Positions 9,258-18,147 of a stretch of DNA of 64,000 bases are shown here, one piece after another (positions within the stretch are counted from its first letter, which is position 1; the number at the start of each line of letters is the position of its first letter). The stretch is from Candidatus Woesearchaeota archaeon (GTDB lineage: Archaea > Nanobdellota > Nanobdellia > Woesearchaeales > SM23-78). The notes below the pieces were generated by a model. The model ran no database searches. It was not told the DNA's origin and was given only the letters and a program-made list of their open reading frames with translations. A program made the translations under genes and the position numbers. The DNA lies in the NCBI GenBank assembly GCA_016930415.1, contig JAFGGS010000016.1:1359-65358 (forward strand), read 5' to 3'.

Positions 9258-10310
9258 TTATGTTGAGAATATCTCTGTAGGTCCGAAGAATCTACCATCT
9301 TTAACCCAGAATGTTTTGATACTGATGTAGTCAAGAAATTCCATGTATATTTTTGGTGGCTTCCTATCAAGTGCTAGACACTTTACAATCGAGCTTGCTT
9401 CTCCTTCTTCAACACGAGGTCTTACGTAAAAGTATTCGTATGAAAATAATTGAGCTATTGCAGCTCTAATCTGTTTTTTCATATTTGCTGTGCTTTTCAT
9501 CTCAAATAAGTAGAATTTGTTTTTTATATTAACCAATAAATCATAACTTTTCTCATCTGTCTGACAGATTCCTCCGTATATCTCAAAGAAATCAATGAAT
9601 CTATTTACTAAGTCTTGATGTGCGTGATTTGCTTTTCCAAGCTTTTGTGCATCTTTGGAGAAATAGGTTAGTATTCTTTCAGAAGGAATATCTCTTAATT
9701 CTTTTTTTTGTGCTACTTTGGGATTTCCTTTGGTAATTCTCTCTGGCATATCTGCGTAGTATTCTTCCAGTTGTGTAATTGTGTCTTTGTAGTGGCTTTC
9801 AATATCTAGCGATAGAAACTTCTCCACAGATCCGTATTGCTCGATGATTTTTTCAGTGGCCTCTTGTGTGAGAGGCATAAAACCCTGGACTCGGTCCCAG
9901 TTTTCTGCATAGTTTGTGAATTGCCTTAAGGTGGCTATTGGAAGGTCTATGGGATGATAGTCTGATACAAAAAATATGCAGGGCCAGGGGGCTCGTGGGT
10001 CTGATCGTCCCCAGAATTTGTCTGAGAACTCCATACTCTCTTCCTTAGCAATTAGTCTGCTGTAATGTATGAATTTTCCTTTTGCATAGAACAAGATAAT
10101 ATCTCCTTCATTCATGGAATTCCATCTACTTTTCAACGAAGCAGTATTTCCCCACGCTCTAAACTGTGGGTTTTGTTTGAGTTTGGTTTTGTTGTGTTCA
10201 GAAAGGTATTGTTCAACAGATTCATACGTCATCTCAAATTGCATTGTTGACTTAATGTTTTCTGCAGAGTGTTCATTACTTCTTGGAGCCAGGAATATTT
10301 GAACCATCAA
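9258..10310 (-). CDS. Putative modification-dependent restriction endonuclease: PUA/EVE-like N-domain + PD-(D/E)XK nuclease
   Basis: N-term WG..W.SM.EGDIILFY..FW..WP.IFF aromatic pattern; C-term YDLLV-x7-LFEMKS-x6-QIRAAIAQLFSY; visibly AT-rich. Confidence 0.6.
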   Translation of the reverse strand: MMVQIFLAPRSNEHSAENIKSTMQFEMTYESVEQYLSEHNKTKLKQNPQFRAWGNTASLKSRWNSMNEGDIILFYAKGKFIHYSRLIAKEESMEFSDKFWGRSDPRAPWPCIFFVSDYHPIDLPIATLRQFTNYAENWDRVQGFMPLTQEATEKIIEQYGSVEKFLSLDIESHYKDTITQLEEYYADMPERITKGNPKVAQKKELRDIPSERILTYFSKDAQKLGKANHAHQDLVNRFIDFFEIYGGICQTDEKSYDLLVNIKNKFYLFEMKSTANMKKQIRAAIAQLFSYEYFYVRPRVEEGEASSIVKCLALDRKPPKIYMEFLDYISIKTFWVKDGRFFGPTEIFST

Positions 10311-10393
10311 CTTGTACTCTTTGTGAGATATTTACACTTTTGTAGCCTCATCTGGTTACAAATCATTATATTTGCTTATGTTTGATTTAACAT

Positions 10394-10672
10394 ATGCGAC
10401 TAAGTTTTAACTATAAAGAGAACAATATTGTAAAAACCGCCAAAAAGTTGAGAATTCTTAGTAATCCAAATCATCTTCGAATCCTCTTACTTCTAAAAAG
10501 TGCATTGAAACCGATGACTACTGAGGAAATTCGTGTTGTGCTAGAGGCTGGGGGTGTTTATAAGCACAGAGAGAACACTCATAAAGCACTCCAAAAGCTT
10601 GTTAAGTTGGGTTTGGTGAAGAAAAATAAAGGACCTGGTGGGGTGAGGGATGTTTATGAGTTTTGTAATTGA
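10394..10672 (+). CDS. ArsR-like winged-HTH transcription regulator
   Basis: LRILSNPNHLRILLLL and THKALQKLVKLGLV wHTH pattern; divergent from the nuclease gene. Confidence 0.75.
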   Translation: MRLSFNYKENNIVKTAKKLRILSNPNHLRILLLLKSALKPMTTEEIRVVLEAGGVYKHRENTHKALQKLVKLGLVKKNKGPGGVRDVYEFCN

Positions 10673-10750
10673 AACTTTCTGTATTTGGGGTTTTCCTACA
10701 AATCTAATGCCAAAAAATTTATATTTGAGTTGTGCTCTTCTAGTTCTATC

Positions 10751-11341
10751 ATGATGGGTTTTAGGGGTTCCTTGATTGTATTATCTCTCTTGTTCCTGGT
10801 TGTTTTGTCTGCAGGTTGTGAAACTACGGGCTATTCCGTTCTTAAGCCTTCTTGCCCTTATGTTTGCTGCGTTGAGGATCTAAATAATAATCCTAAGCCT
10901 TGTTCTGATCCTGGGGCTGATTGTGTTAATCATAAGTGCGTGAAATGCGGTAATGGAATTGCGGAATCTGGTGAGAATTGCCTTTCTTGCCCTGCCGATG
11001 CTGGGTGTAAGCAGAATCAAGCGTGCAGTAATCAAGGTGCTTGTATAGATTTAGGTACTGATCTGAACTGTAAGTACCTTGGAAATCGATGCGAGACTTA
11101 TGATGCATGCATAAACTTTCAATGTGTTAAGAAAGCATGTCCTTATGAGTGTTGTGATGGATCGACCTACACCATAAAACTCTGTGAGAGTAGTTTTGAT
11201 AAGTGTGATGCAGCGCAGAGGCGGTGTGTGAATAAAATTATCTCATCAACTGGAAAAGCTGCTTCGGAAGTTAAAGATTCTCTTGATAAGCTTGGTGAAG
11301 GCTTAGTGAAGAACCTAGATAAGATTAAGATTTTTCCGTGA
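10751..11341 (+). CDS. Cys-rich secreted lipoprotein
   Basis: Signal peptide ending LSAGC; internal repeat CPYVCC/CPYECC; CGNG...GENC.SCP.D motif. Confidence 0.7.
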   Translation: MMGFRGSLIVLSLLFLVVLSAGCETTGYSVLKPSCPYVCCVEDLNNNPKPCSDPGADCVNHKCVKCGNGIAESGENCLSCPADAGCKQNQACSNQGACIDLGTDLNCKYLGNRCETYDACINFQCVKKACPYECCDGSTYTIKLCESSFDKCDAAQRRCVNKIISSTGKAASEVKDSLDKLGEGLVKNLDKIKIFP

Positions 11342-11635
11342 GCTTAATCTACAGTCTTTCTTGCGCAATCCCTTTTTTTCCTTATTGAATATTATTCTTC
11401 AGCCTATCTTTCTGGATGGGTTGTTTCTAATCCTTGTTTCGTGAAATTCACTTCTTGTCATGCATTTCTCATCTTGATTATCTTTTTAAACTTCTTTCAC
11501 CATGGTTTGTTTTATCGACGACAATTGTTTTTTGGTGGCTCGCCTTTTTTTGTGCGCGACCTTTGCGTCTCTTTATTGGGGGGCGTGGCTCTTTTTTCGT
11601 TGTCGTCTTTTTAAAAAACTGAGGTGGCTTTGAAG

Positions 11636-11743
11636 GTGAACGTCGTTTGTTGGAATTGCGGAGAATTGCATAGTGTTTCTAGCAGGGATTTGCAGCGGCT
11701 TGAGGCTGAGTGCGGTTCTTGCCATGTGATCGTGGAGCTGTAG
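11636..11743 (+). CDS. Small zinc-ribbon microprotein (about 35 aa; not in ORF track)
   Basis: GAGGTG RBS at 11621, GTG start; MNVVCWNCGELHSVSSRDLQRLEAECGSCHVIVEL has two CxxC motifs. Confidence 0.5.
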   Translation: MNVVCWNCGELHSVSSRDLQRLEAECGSCHVIVEL

Positions 11744-11848
11744 AGCGGCTCCGCGCCAAATTCTTTTTCTTAAGCTGCTTTCTTTTCTGCGTGTGTTTAT
11801 CTTCTTTTTCCGTTAAACATATAAATTGGTGTTAGTTTTTCTTTACGC

Positions 11849-12328
11849 ATGTTAGATTTATTTTATCAATTGGCTCCTTTTTTTGAGGATGTCTACAGAG
11901 AAGTCTCTGTCAGGCAATACGCCAAGTTAACAAGCGTCAGCCCGCCCACTGCCTCGATCACGCTGAGGCGCTTGGAGTCAGAAGGACTCCTGATAAGTAG
12001 GCCCCTTGGGATATATCTCTTCTTCAAGCCAACCTTAAGCTACCAGTTCAAGCAGTTAGCTCAAGCTTACTGGCAAAAGCTCTTATATGACCATACCGAA
12101 GCCTTGCATGAAGAGGTTGATTTCAATGACATCATCCTTTTCGGATCAATAGCAAAAACCGAAAACAATGCTAATTCTGATATCGATATCTACGTAAATT
12201 CCTCCCATAGGAATATTAAATGCCTGGGCGCCCTGGAAAAGAAGCTCAAGAGGCGGGTCGAGCTGCACTTCAAGACGACGAGCCCCCTCCTGAAAGACAA
12301 CATCGATAAAGGCATCAGGATAAGATGA
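11849..12328 (+). CDS. wHTH + minimal nucleotidyltransferase (MNT/MntA-like antitoxin)
   Basis: N-term HTH (SVRQYAKLTSVSPPTAS..L..LESEGLL); LFGS..K....NSDIDIYV. Confidence 0.85.
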   Translation: MLDLFYQLAPFFEDVYREVSVRQYAKLTSVSPPTASITLRRLESEGLLISRPLGIYLFFKPTLSYQFKQLAQAYWQKLLYDHTEALHEEVDFNDIILFGSIAKTENNANSDIDIYVNSSHRNIKCLGALEKKLKRRVELHFKTTSPLLKDNIDKGIRIR

Positions 12329-12717
12329 ACTGGGAAGAATGCACAAGGCTCGCATATGCAAAGAAGACAGCCAAAGACGACGCCCTGATTAAGTCTATGC
12401 AGGAATCTGCTCTTGCAAGGGAAAAGACCGCGGGCATGCTAAGGATTGACGAGACAACAAAAGAGACTCTCTTCACGCTCTACTACGACGTCCTAAGAGA
12501 GCTTGTGAGCATAGAAGCCCTAAAGAACGGCTACAAGATCTACAACCACGAATGCTTAAGCGCCTTCCTGGCAGAAGTCCTCAAAGACAATGATTCTGCA
12601 AGGGAATTCGATAACCTGAGGCGCTTAAGGAACAATATCAGCTATGAAGGCAAAAGACTAGGCCATGCAAAAGAAGCAATAGACCGAGCAAGAGGCCTAA
12701 TCAAGAGATATCACTAA
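12325..12717 (+). CDS. HEPN-domain protein (partner of the MNT)
   Basis: ATGA overlap with the MNT gene; LYYDVLRELV..EALKNGYKIYNHECL; RRLRNNISY (R-x4-Y variant of R-x4-6-H). Confidence 0.8.
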   Translation: MNWEECTRLAYAKKTAKDDALIKSMQESALAREKTAGMLRIDETTKETLFTLYYDVLRELVSIEALKNGYKIYNHECLSAFLAEVLKDNDSAREFDNLRRLRNNISYEGKRLGHAKEAIDRARGLIKRYH

Positions 12718-12770
12718 TAAGAATCCACCTTCGCAACCATTATATACTTGTCTGTCTCTCCCCTCTTCTC

Positions 12771-13070
12771 ATGGGTGTTGAGATATTAGTCCAGGAGGCG
12801 CTTGTTGAGGGTGGCCTTGCCTCTGTCTTCTATGCCAGCTTCTGCATCCCCGCGACTGTCTATCAGGATGTTGAGATGAACGAGATGGCATCTGCCAGGA
12901 TGCTTGAGATAGAGAGCCGTGGTGACCCTGGCATTTTCGTCCATGACTACACTGTAAGCCCTTATGGCTTGCAAGGCTTCTTCGTGGCTTCTCCTAAGAA
13001 AAAGTTAACCCTTGACCTTGCTGAAGCGATCCTTAAAGGCTTCAAGGTCGACTATGTGATCAGATCATAA
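12771..13070 (+). CDS. Hypothetical protein
   Basis: 99-aa ORF filling the intergenic space; no motif. Confidence 0.5.
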   Translation: MGVEILVQEALVEGGLASVFYASFCIPATVYQDVEMNEMASARMLEIESRGDPGIFVHDYTVSPYGLQGFFVASPKKKLTLDLAEAILKGFKVDYVIRS

Positions 13071-13094
13071 CCATCTCAGCTTTCTGATAAGTCA

Positions 13095-13202
13095 TCACGA
13101 CTTTATCGGGATGTTGTTCTGGAACTTATACAAGCATAGGTTGCAGTAGATCCTGTCATCAGGTATCTCTTGCCTGCAGCTTAAGCACTCGTTCATCGCC
13201 AT
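13095..13202 (-). CDS. Zinc-ribbon microprotein (35 aa; not in ORF track)
   Basis: MAMNECLSCRQEIPDDRIYCNLCLYKFQNNIPIKS, CxxC-x10-CxxC; purine-rich RBS upstream. Confidence 0.6.
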   Translation of the reverse strand: MAMNECLSCRQEIPDDRIYCNLCLYKFQNNIPIKS

Positions 13203-13222
13203 CTTCACTTCTCCTCTCAAGC

Positions 13223-13459
13223 TCATATCGGGACCCGTTTCTTGATATTGACTGGCGCTTCTAATTTCCACCAGACCAAGTCCTCGATCGTTGATCCGCC
13301 CCTGTCCTTCTCCTTGTAAGCCACCTTGACGACTTGGCTCTCCTCAAGCTCAGGATACCTGACCAGTTCAGGATACTCGATCATCTTGTGGCCTCTCCTC
13401 TTATGCTCGTCCATCACCCTGCTCCACTCGCTTATCGCAGAACTCACCATTCTCCTCAC
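13223..13459 (-). CDS. Small hypothetical protein
   Basis: 78 aa, preceded by GAGGGTGAGGAG RBS. Confidence 0.6.
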   Translation of the reverse strand: MRRMVSSAISEWSRVMDEHKRRGHKMIEYPELVRYPELEESQVVKVAYKEKDRGGSTIEDLVWWKLEAPVNIKKRVPI

Positions 13460-13494
13460 CCTCCCTTCTTCTTATAATTAGGTCCTGTCCCCAA

Positions 13495-13599
13495 TCAGAA
13501 CCCGTTATTCTTAGCATCCCAGGAGTTGTTATCATCGACTAGCTCGATGTACTCGCCGTCCTGGTTCTTGATCATCATCTTCCCTTGAAATTTAAACAT
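13495..13599 (-). CDS. Microprotein (34 aa; not in ORF track)
   Basis: MFKFQGKMMIKNQDGEYIELVDDNNSWDAKNNGF with GGGGTGG RBS-like site upstream. Confidence 0.45.
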   Translation of the reverse strand: MFKFQGKMMIKNQDGEYIELVDDNNSWDAKNNGF

Positions 13600-13676
13600 C
13601 CTAACATCCACCCCGCCCTTTTTATTGCTAGAGAAGAAAAAAAACTCTCTCCTCTTCGCAATTCTCATCTTTGATT

Positions 13677-13775
13677 CTAAGCCTTTTTCATCTCAGGATT
13701 CTTCTCTTCAGGCTTTTTCTCTTCAACCTTCTTCTCCTCGGTCTTGGCATGCTCTTCTTTCTTCTCTTCCATCAT
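13677..13775 (-). CDS. Lys/Glu-rich microprotein (32 aa; not in ORF track)
   Basis: MMEEKKEEHAKTEEKKVEEKKPEEKNPEMKKA after a strong AAGGAGG RBS. Confidence 0.45.
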   Translation of the reverse strand: MMEEKKEEHAKTEEKKVEEKKPEEKNPEMKKA

Positions 13776-13828
13776 CTTATTCCTCCTTCCTTATCTAAGG
13801 ATAGTGACTTTTGGATCAAAAAAAGCTC

Positions 13829-13963
13829 TTACCCGCCTAAGTTATCCTGTTCAGCTGGTTTTCCACAGAAAGGACAGATAAGCGTAAGCCCGATAATCTT
13901 GGCCTTGCCAATGAATTTCTTATTGCAGTGCTTGCAAGTAGTCTCTTTATCGAATCTAATCAT
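13829..13963 (-). CDS. Zinc-finger microprotein (44 aa; not in ORF track)
   Basis: MIRFDKETTCKHCNKKFIGKAKIIGLTLICPFCGKPAEQDNLGG, CxxC...CPFCG. Confidence 0.6.
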   Translation of the reverse strand: MIRFDKETTCKHCNKKFIGKAKIIGLTLICPFCGKPAEQDNLGG

Positions 13964-14115
13964 ACCTTACACTTACCAAAGGAGGAGGGGTTTAACTAGT
14001 TGTGGTAGGGAAAATCAGCTAAAACAACGTAAAAAGTTGTTAATCTGCCATGAACCTTAAGAAGACCCTCTTGTTCCGCTAGCTTTTTATACCACTCCTA
14101 TGATTTAATCCTCTC

Positions 14116-15204
14116 ATGTCAAGATCCTGGATGCTCTCAGCAGTATTGCTCCTGACAGTGGCTGTCTTGCTCTTCACAGCTTACTCGCTCCAACTCCAGA
14201 ACAAGGCTTTAGTCCAGGAATCCTCTGCTCTCAAGGCCTCATCTGAAGCCTTAGCCTCTTCTCAAGCATCGGTAATCGCTTCTTTGGAGCTTGAAGTCTC
14301 TCGCTTGAACTCCTCCTTGGCATCTTTGAGGGGTGAACTTGAGAGTGCGAGCAAGAGCAATCATTATCTCAAGTCAGAGGTGGAGGACACCATAAGCCGC
14401 TTAGAAGCGTACCGGTTAGAGCTTAACCGCTCCTTGGAGTGGTTCAAAGCCAACGCAGCACTCTCATCCTCTGTGCCTGAGCAGAAGATAAAGGACTCCT
14501 TAAGACACGAGTGCGTCAAGGTAGAGGGTGATCATTGCACCTTGCTCCTAGGCTGCTATCACTTGGTGAACAGCGCTTACTACGACCTCAAGTACCGATC
14601 AGATATCTCTACCTCGAGCAAGTCTGATAAGATACAGTCATTAAGCGAGTTCCTGGACAACCGCGGCGGCGACTGCGAGGATTACTCCTTGTTCTACAAG
14701 GCAGAGCACAGCTACCTATTAAGCCTGTGCAAGGGCAAGGACGTCTCGCTAGAAGCCTGGGTCCCTGGCGAAGGCAAGGCTTGGGTGAACTTCGACGAGA
14801 GCTGGTACATGCCAAACTCAGAGACAGTCTTGCTCCCAGACGGATTCATCCACCCTAACGTAGTGTGTGGAGAGATATTCGACTTCAACACTGGCAAGGT
14901 TGGCGGCCATTGCATGATAGCATTGACCAGGAAAGAGATCTTATCGACCAAGGACCTCGGCTTGCTAAGAGGCGCGCCGCTCGTCGAGCCTCAGAGCGGC
15001 AAGTACATGGGATTGATAGGCGCGGATTCAGGGATCATCCTCTTAGAGTCGACAGCTGACTACAAGGAACCATCCTACATCTACATGGTAGTCACAGACA
15101 ACGACTTATTCCTATACTCCCTTGGAGACGGCTGGCTAAGCCAATCATCACTAGAGCACGAGCTCTACTCAAGACAGCTAGAACTAGTGATAGCTAAGAG
15201 ATAA
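14116..15204 (+). CDS. Membrane-anchored coiled-coil + transglutaminase-like cysteine peptidase (BTLCP-like)
   Basis: N-term TM, heptad coiled coil, Y.SD, GDCEDY (catalytic Cys), GGHCMIAL (His), VEPQ. Confidence 0.72.
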   Translation: MSRSWMLSAVLLLTVAVLLFTAYSLQLQNKALVQESSALKASSEALASSQASVIASLELEVSRLNSSLASLRGELESASKSNHYLKSEVEDTISRLEAYRLELNRSLEWFKANAALSSSVPEQKIKDSLRHECVKVEGDHCTLLLGCYHLVNSAYYDLKYRSDISTSSKSDKIQSLSEFLDNRGGDCEDYSLFYKAEHSYLLSLCKGKDVSLEAWVPGEGKAWVNFDESWYMPNSETVLLPDGFIHPNVVCGEIFDFNTGKVGGHCMIALTRKEILSTKDLGLLRGAPLVEPQSGKYMGLIGADSGIILLESTADYKEPSYIYMVVTDNDLFLYSLGDGWLSQSSLEHELYSRQLELVIAKR

Positions 15205-15206
15205 GC

Positions 15207-18032
15207 CTACTTCAGCACGTCTTTCAAGAACTTGCCGGTGTAGCTCTTCTTCACCTTAGCAACTTCTTCAGGAGTCCCGACAGCCACGACTTCACCGCCG
15301 GCATCCCCGCCCTCAGGCCCAAGGTCGATTATATAATCAGCTGACTTGATAACATCCAGGTTGTGCTCTATCACTATTACAGAGTTGCCCATCTCCACCA
15401 AGTCATCAAGCACCTTGATGAGCTTCTTAGTGTCGTGGAAATGAAGGCCGGTCGTAGGCTCATCCAAGAGATAAATAGTCCTCCCCGTAGCCCTCTTGGC
15501 AAGCTCGCGCGTCAACTTAATCCTCTGAGCCTCTCCACCAGAGAGAGTGGTAGAACTCTGGCCCAGCTTGATGTACTCCAAGCCCACTCGCTTCAAAGTC
15601 TCAAGCTTCTCCCTGATGATCGAGATGTTCTCAAAGAGCTTCAAAGCCTCCTCGACGCTCATGGCAAGGACGTCAGCGATAGACTTGCCCTTATACTTGA
15701 CCTCCAAGGTCTCAGCGTTGAAACGCTTGCCCTTGCACTCCTCGCACTCGACGTACACGTCAGGCAAGAAGTTCATCTCGATCTTGATCAAGCCATCACC
15801 CTGGCAAGCCTCGCACCTGCCGCCGCGCACGTTGAAACTAAAACGCCCAGGACCATACCCTCGAAGCTTAGCCTCCTGCGTGGACGCGAAGATCTGGCGG
15901 ACGTAATCCAAGACCTTGGTGTAAGTCGCAGGGTTAGACCTGGGAGTCCTGCCGATAGGAGACTGATCGATCACTATCACCTTGTCGATCTCGCTCTCAA
16001 AGCTGATAGACTCGTGCTTTCCGATAGGCTCCTTGCTCTTGTAGAACTCCTTCATTAGCGAGCGATAGAGTATCTCATATATCAAGGTCGACTTGCCGCT
16101 CCCAGAGACACCGCTTATTATGCCGAACACGCCAGTAGGGATCTTCACATCAACACCTTTAAGGTTGTTCTCAGAAGCACCCTTGATGCTGATCCAGCCG
16201 TTAGGCTTACGACGCTTCTTAGGGATCTCGATCCTCTTAGCGCCAGACAAGTACTGGCCAGTCAAGCTCTTCTTATCCTTCTCGATCTCCAAAGGAGTGC
16301 CCTCTGATATTATCTGGCCGCCATGAATGCCAGCGCCAGGGCCCATGTCGATCACGTGATCAGCCCGCCTGATAGTGTCCTCGTCATGCTCCACAACAAG
16401 AAGAGTGTTCCCAAGATTACGAAGATGATGAAGAGTCTCGATGAGCTTGTGGTTATCGCGCTGATGAAGCCCTATAGAAGGCTCGTCAAGGATGTAGATG
16501 ACACCCATGAGGTTGCTTCCGATCTGCGTCGCCAAGCGGATCCTCTGAGCCTCACCACCAGACAAGGAACCAGCGCTCCTGGACAAGGTCAAGTAGCCAA
16601 GCCCCACGTCCTTCAAGAACATCAGCCTGGACCTGATCTCCTTTAGCACCTGGCGGGCGATCTCAGAATCCTTAGCATTAAGCTTCAAGCCATCAAAGAA
16701 CTCAACAGTCTTCTCGATCGAGAAGTCAGTCACCTCGATGATCGACCTGGAATTGACCTTTACAGCGAGAATCTTAGCCTTAAGCCTCTTGCCCTTGCAA
16801 ACAGGGCAAGGATTGAACCTCATGAACTTCTCAAGCTCCTGGCGCCTGTAATCAGACTCTGTCTGCTGATAAAGCCTCTCGGACTGAGGGACAAGTCCCT
16901 CCCAAGTCCCCTTATGGCTCCAGCTAGCCTCGCCGTTCTTCATCACCATGTCGAAATTGATACGATCATCGCTTCCATGCATGAGTGCGCTATACTGCTT
17001 CTTTGAAAGCTCCTTAAGAGGGGTTAGTATGCTAAAACCATGATGCTTTGCGACGGCTCCTATAATCTGGTTCCTCCAGCCGTCCATCGCGTTCCTGTAA
17101 AGCGCGATGGCGCCGTCAGCTATGCTCTTATCCTTGTCAGGGATGATCAAGTCAGGGTCGAACTCAGACTTGGTGCCAAGACCATGGCAAGTCTCACAAG
17201 CCCCGAACGGCGAGTTGAAACTAAACATCCTAGGCTGGAGCTCCTCGAAACTCACGTCACACTCAGGACAGCTCATCTTAGAAGAGAACAGCTTCTCAAG
17301 GCCCTTGTCATCAACGACGATCAACAAACCATCCTCAGACTTCTTGATGGCGTTCTCACAAGCCTCGACGAGCCTGGCCTTGTCCTTGACCTCAACCCTG
17401 TCGATCACAGCCTCGATGTCATGCTTCTTGTAACGCTCAAGCTTGATCTTCAAAGGCTCATCAGTGCGCACGACCTCGCCATTCACGCGGGCACGCGCAT
17501 AGCCCTCCTTGTGAAGATCCTCGATCACAGCCTCATAAGTCCCCTTCTTCTGCCTGATGATAGGCGCAAGCACAGTGACCTGACCTTTAGAATCAGCAGC
17601 TATCCTCTCAGCGATCTTTTGAGGAGACTGGCTCTCAATCCTAGTCCCGTGCACAGGGCAATGAGCCACGCCGATCCTAGCGAACAAGAGCCTCAAGTAA
17701 TCATAGATCTCAGTGACCGTGCCGACAGTAGACCTCGGATTCTTAGAAGTAGTCTTCTGCTCGATAGATATCGCAGGCGACAATCCCTCTATAGAGTCCA
17801 CGTCAGGCTTGCTCATGAGACCCAGGAACTGGCGGGCGTAAGCAGACAAGGACTCGACGTACCTTCGCTGGCCCTCAGCATAGATCGTGTCAAATGCAAG
17901 AGTGGACTTGCCGCTCCCAGAAAGCCCAGTGATCACTACGAACTTATCCCTGGGGATGCGCACGTCGATGTTCTTCAGGTTATGCTCACGAGCACCCCTG
18001 ATCAGTATGTCTTTCATAAGAGAATCACTCAT
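15207..18032 (-). CDS. uvrA: Excinuclease ABC subunit A
   Basis: GAREHNLK, two Walker A ([16 protein letters not shown]), two LSGGEAQR signatures, Zn fingers. Confidence 0.99.
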   Translation of the reverse strand: MSDSLMKDILIRGAREHNLKNIDVRIPRDKFVVITGLSGSGKSTLAFDTIYAEGQRRYVESLSAYARQFLGLMSKPDVDSIEGLSPAISIEQKTTSKNPRSTVGTVTEIYDYLRLLFARIGVAHCPVHGTRIESQSPQKIAERIAADSKGQVTVLAPIIRQKKGTYEAVIEDLHKEGYARARVNGEVVRTDEPLKIKLERYKKHDIEAVIDRVEVKDKARLVEACENAIKKSEDGLLIVVDDKGLEKLFSSKMSCPECDVSFEELQPRMFSFNSPFGACETCHGLGTKSEFDPDLIIPDKDKSIADGAIALYRNAMDGWRNQIIGAVAKHHGFSILTPLKELSKKQYSALMHGSDDRINFDMVMKNGEASWSHKGTWEGLVPQSERLYQQTESDYRRQELEKFMRFNPCPVCKGKRLKAKILAVKVNSRSIIEVTDFSIEKTVEFFDGLKLNAKDSEIARQVLKEIRSRLMFLKDVGLGYLTLSRSAGSLSGGEAQRIRLATQIGSNLMGVIYILDEPSIGLHQRDNHKLIETLHHLRNLGNTLLVVEHDEDTIRRADHVIDMGPGAGIHGGQIISEGTPLEIEKDKKSLTGQYLSGAKRIEIPKKRRKPNGWISIKGASENNLKGVDVKIPTGVFGIISGVSGSGKSTLIYEILYRSLMKEFYKSKEPIGKHESISFESEIDKVIVIDQSPIGRTPRSNPATYTKVLDYVRQIFASTQEAKLRGYGPGRFSFNVRGGRCEACQGDGLIKIEMNFLPDVYVECEECKGKRFNAETLEVKYKGKSIADVLAMSVEEALKLFENISIIREKLETLKRVGLEYIKLGQSSTTLSGGEAQRIKLTRELAKRATGRTIYLLDEPTTGLHFHDTKKLIKVLDDLVEMGNSVIVIEHNLDVIKSADYIIDLGPEGGDAGGEVVAVGTPEEVAKVKKSYTGKFLKDVLK

Positions 18033-18147
18033 GAGCCAAGACACCAAGATTATTTATAAGGATTTCGTTGAACATAACAAAAGAGCCCTGAGAAATTTCG
18101 GTTTAAAAGCCCTGCGGGGAGATGTCTAGTGGGTCTAGTGGAAAGAA

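Noticed and set aside
11342-11620. Possible gene or ncRNA in the T-rich intergenic stretch
   Set aside because: Only very short ORFs without an RBS or motif, and no convincing stable structure.
13671-14060. 129-aa plus-strand hydrophobic ORF
   Set aside because: It is the reverse complement of Lys/Glu-rich and Zn-finger micro-ORFs that have good RBS sites; its hydrophobicity reflects the T/C-rich strand.
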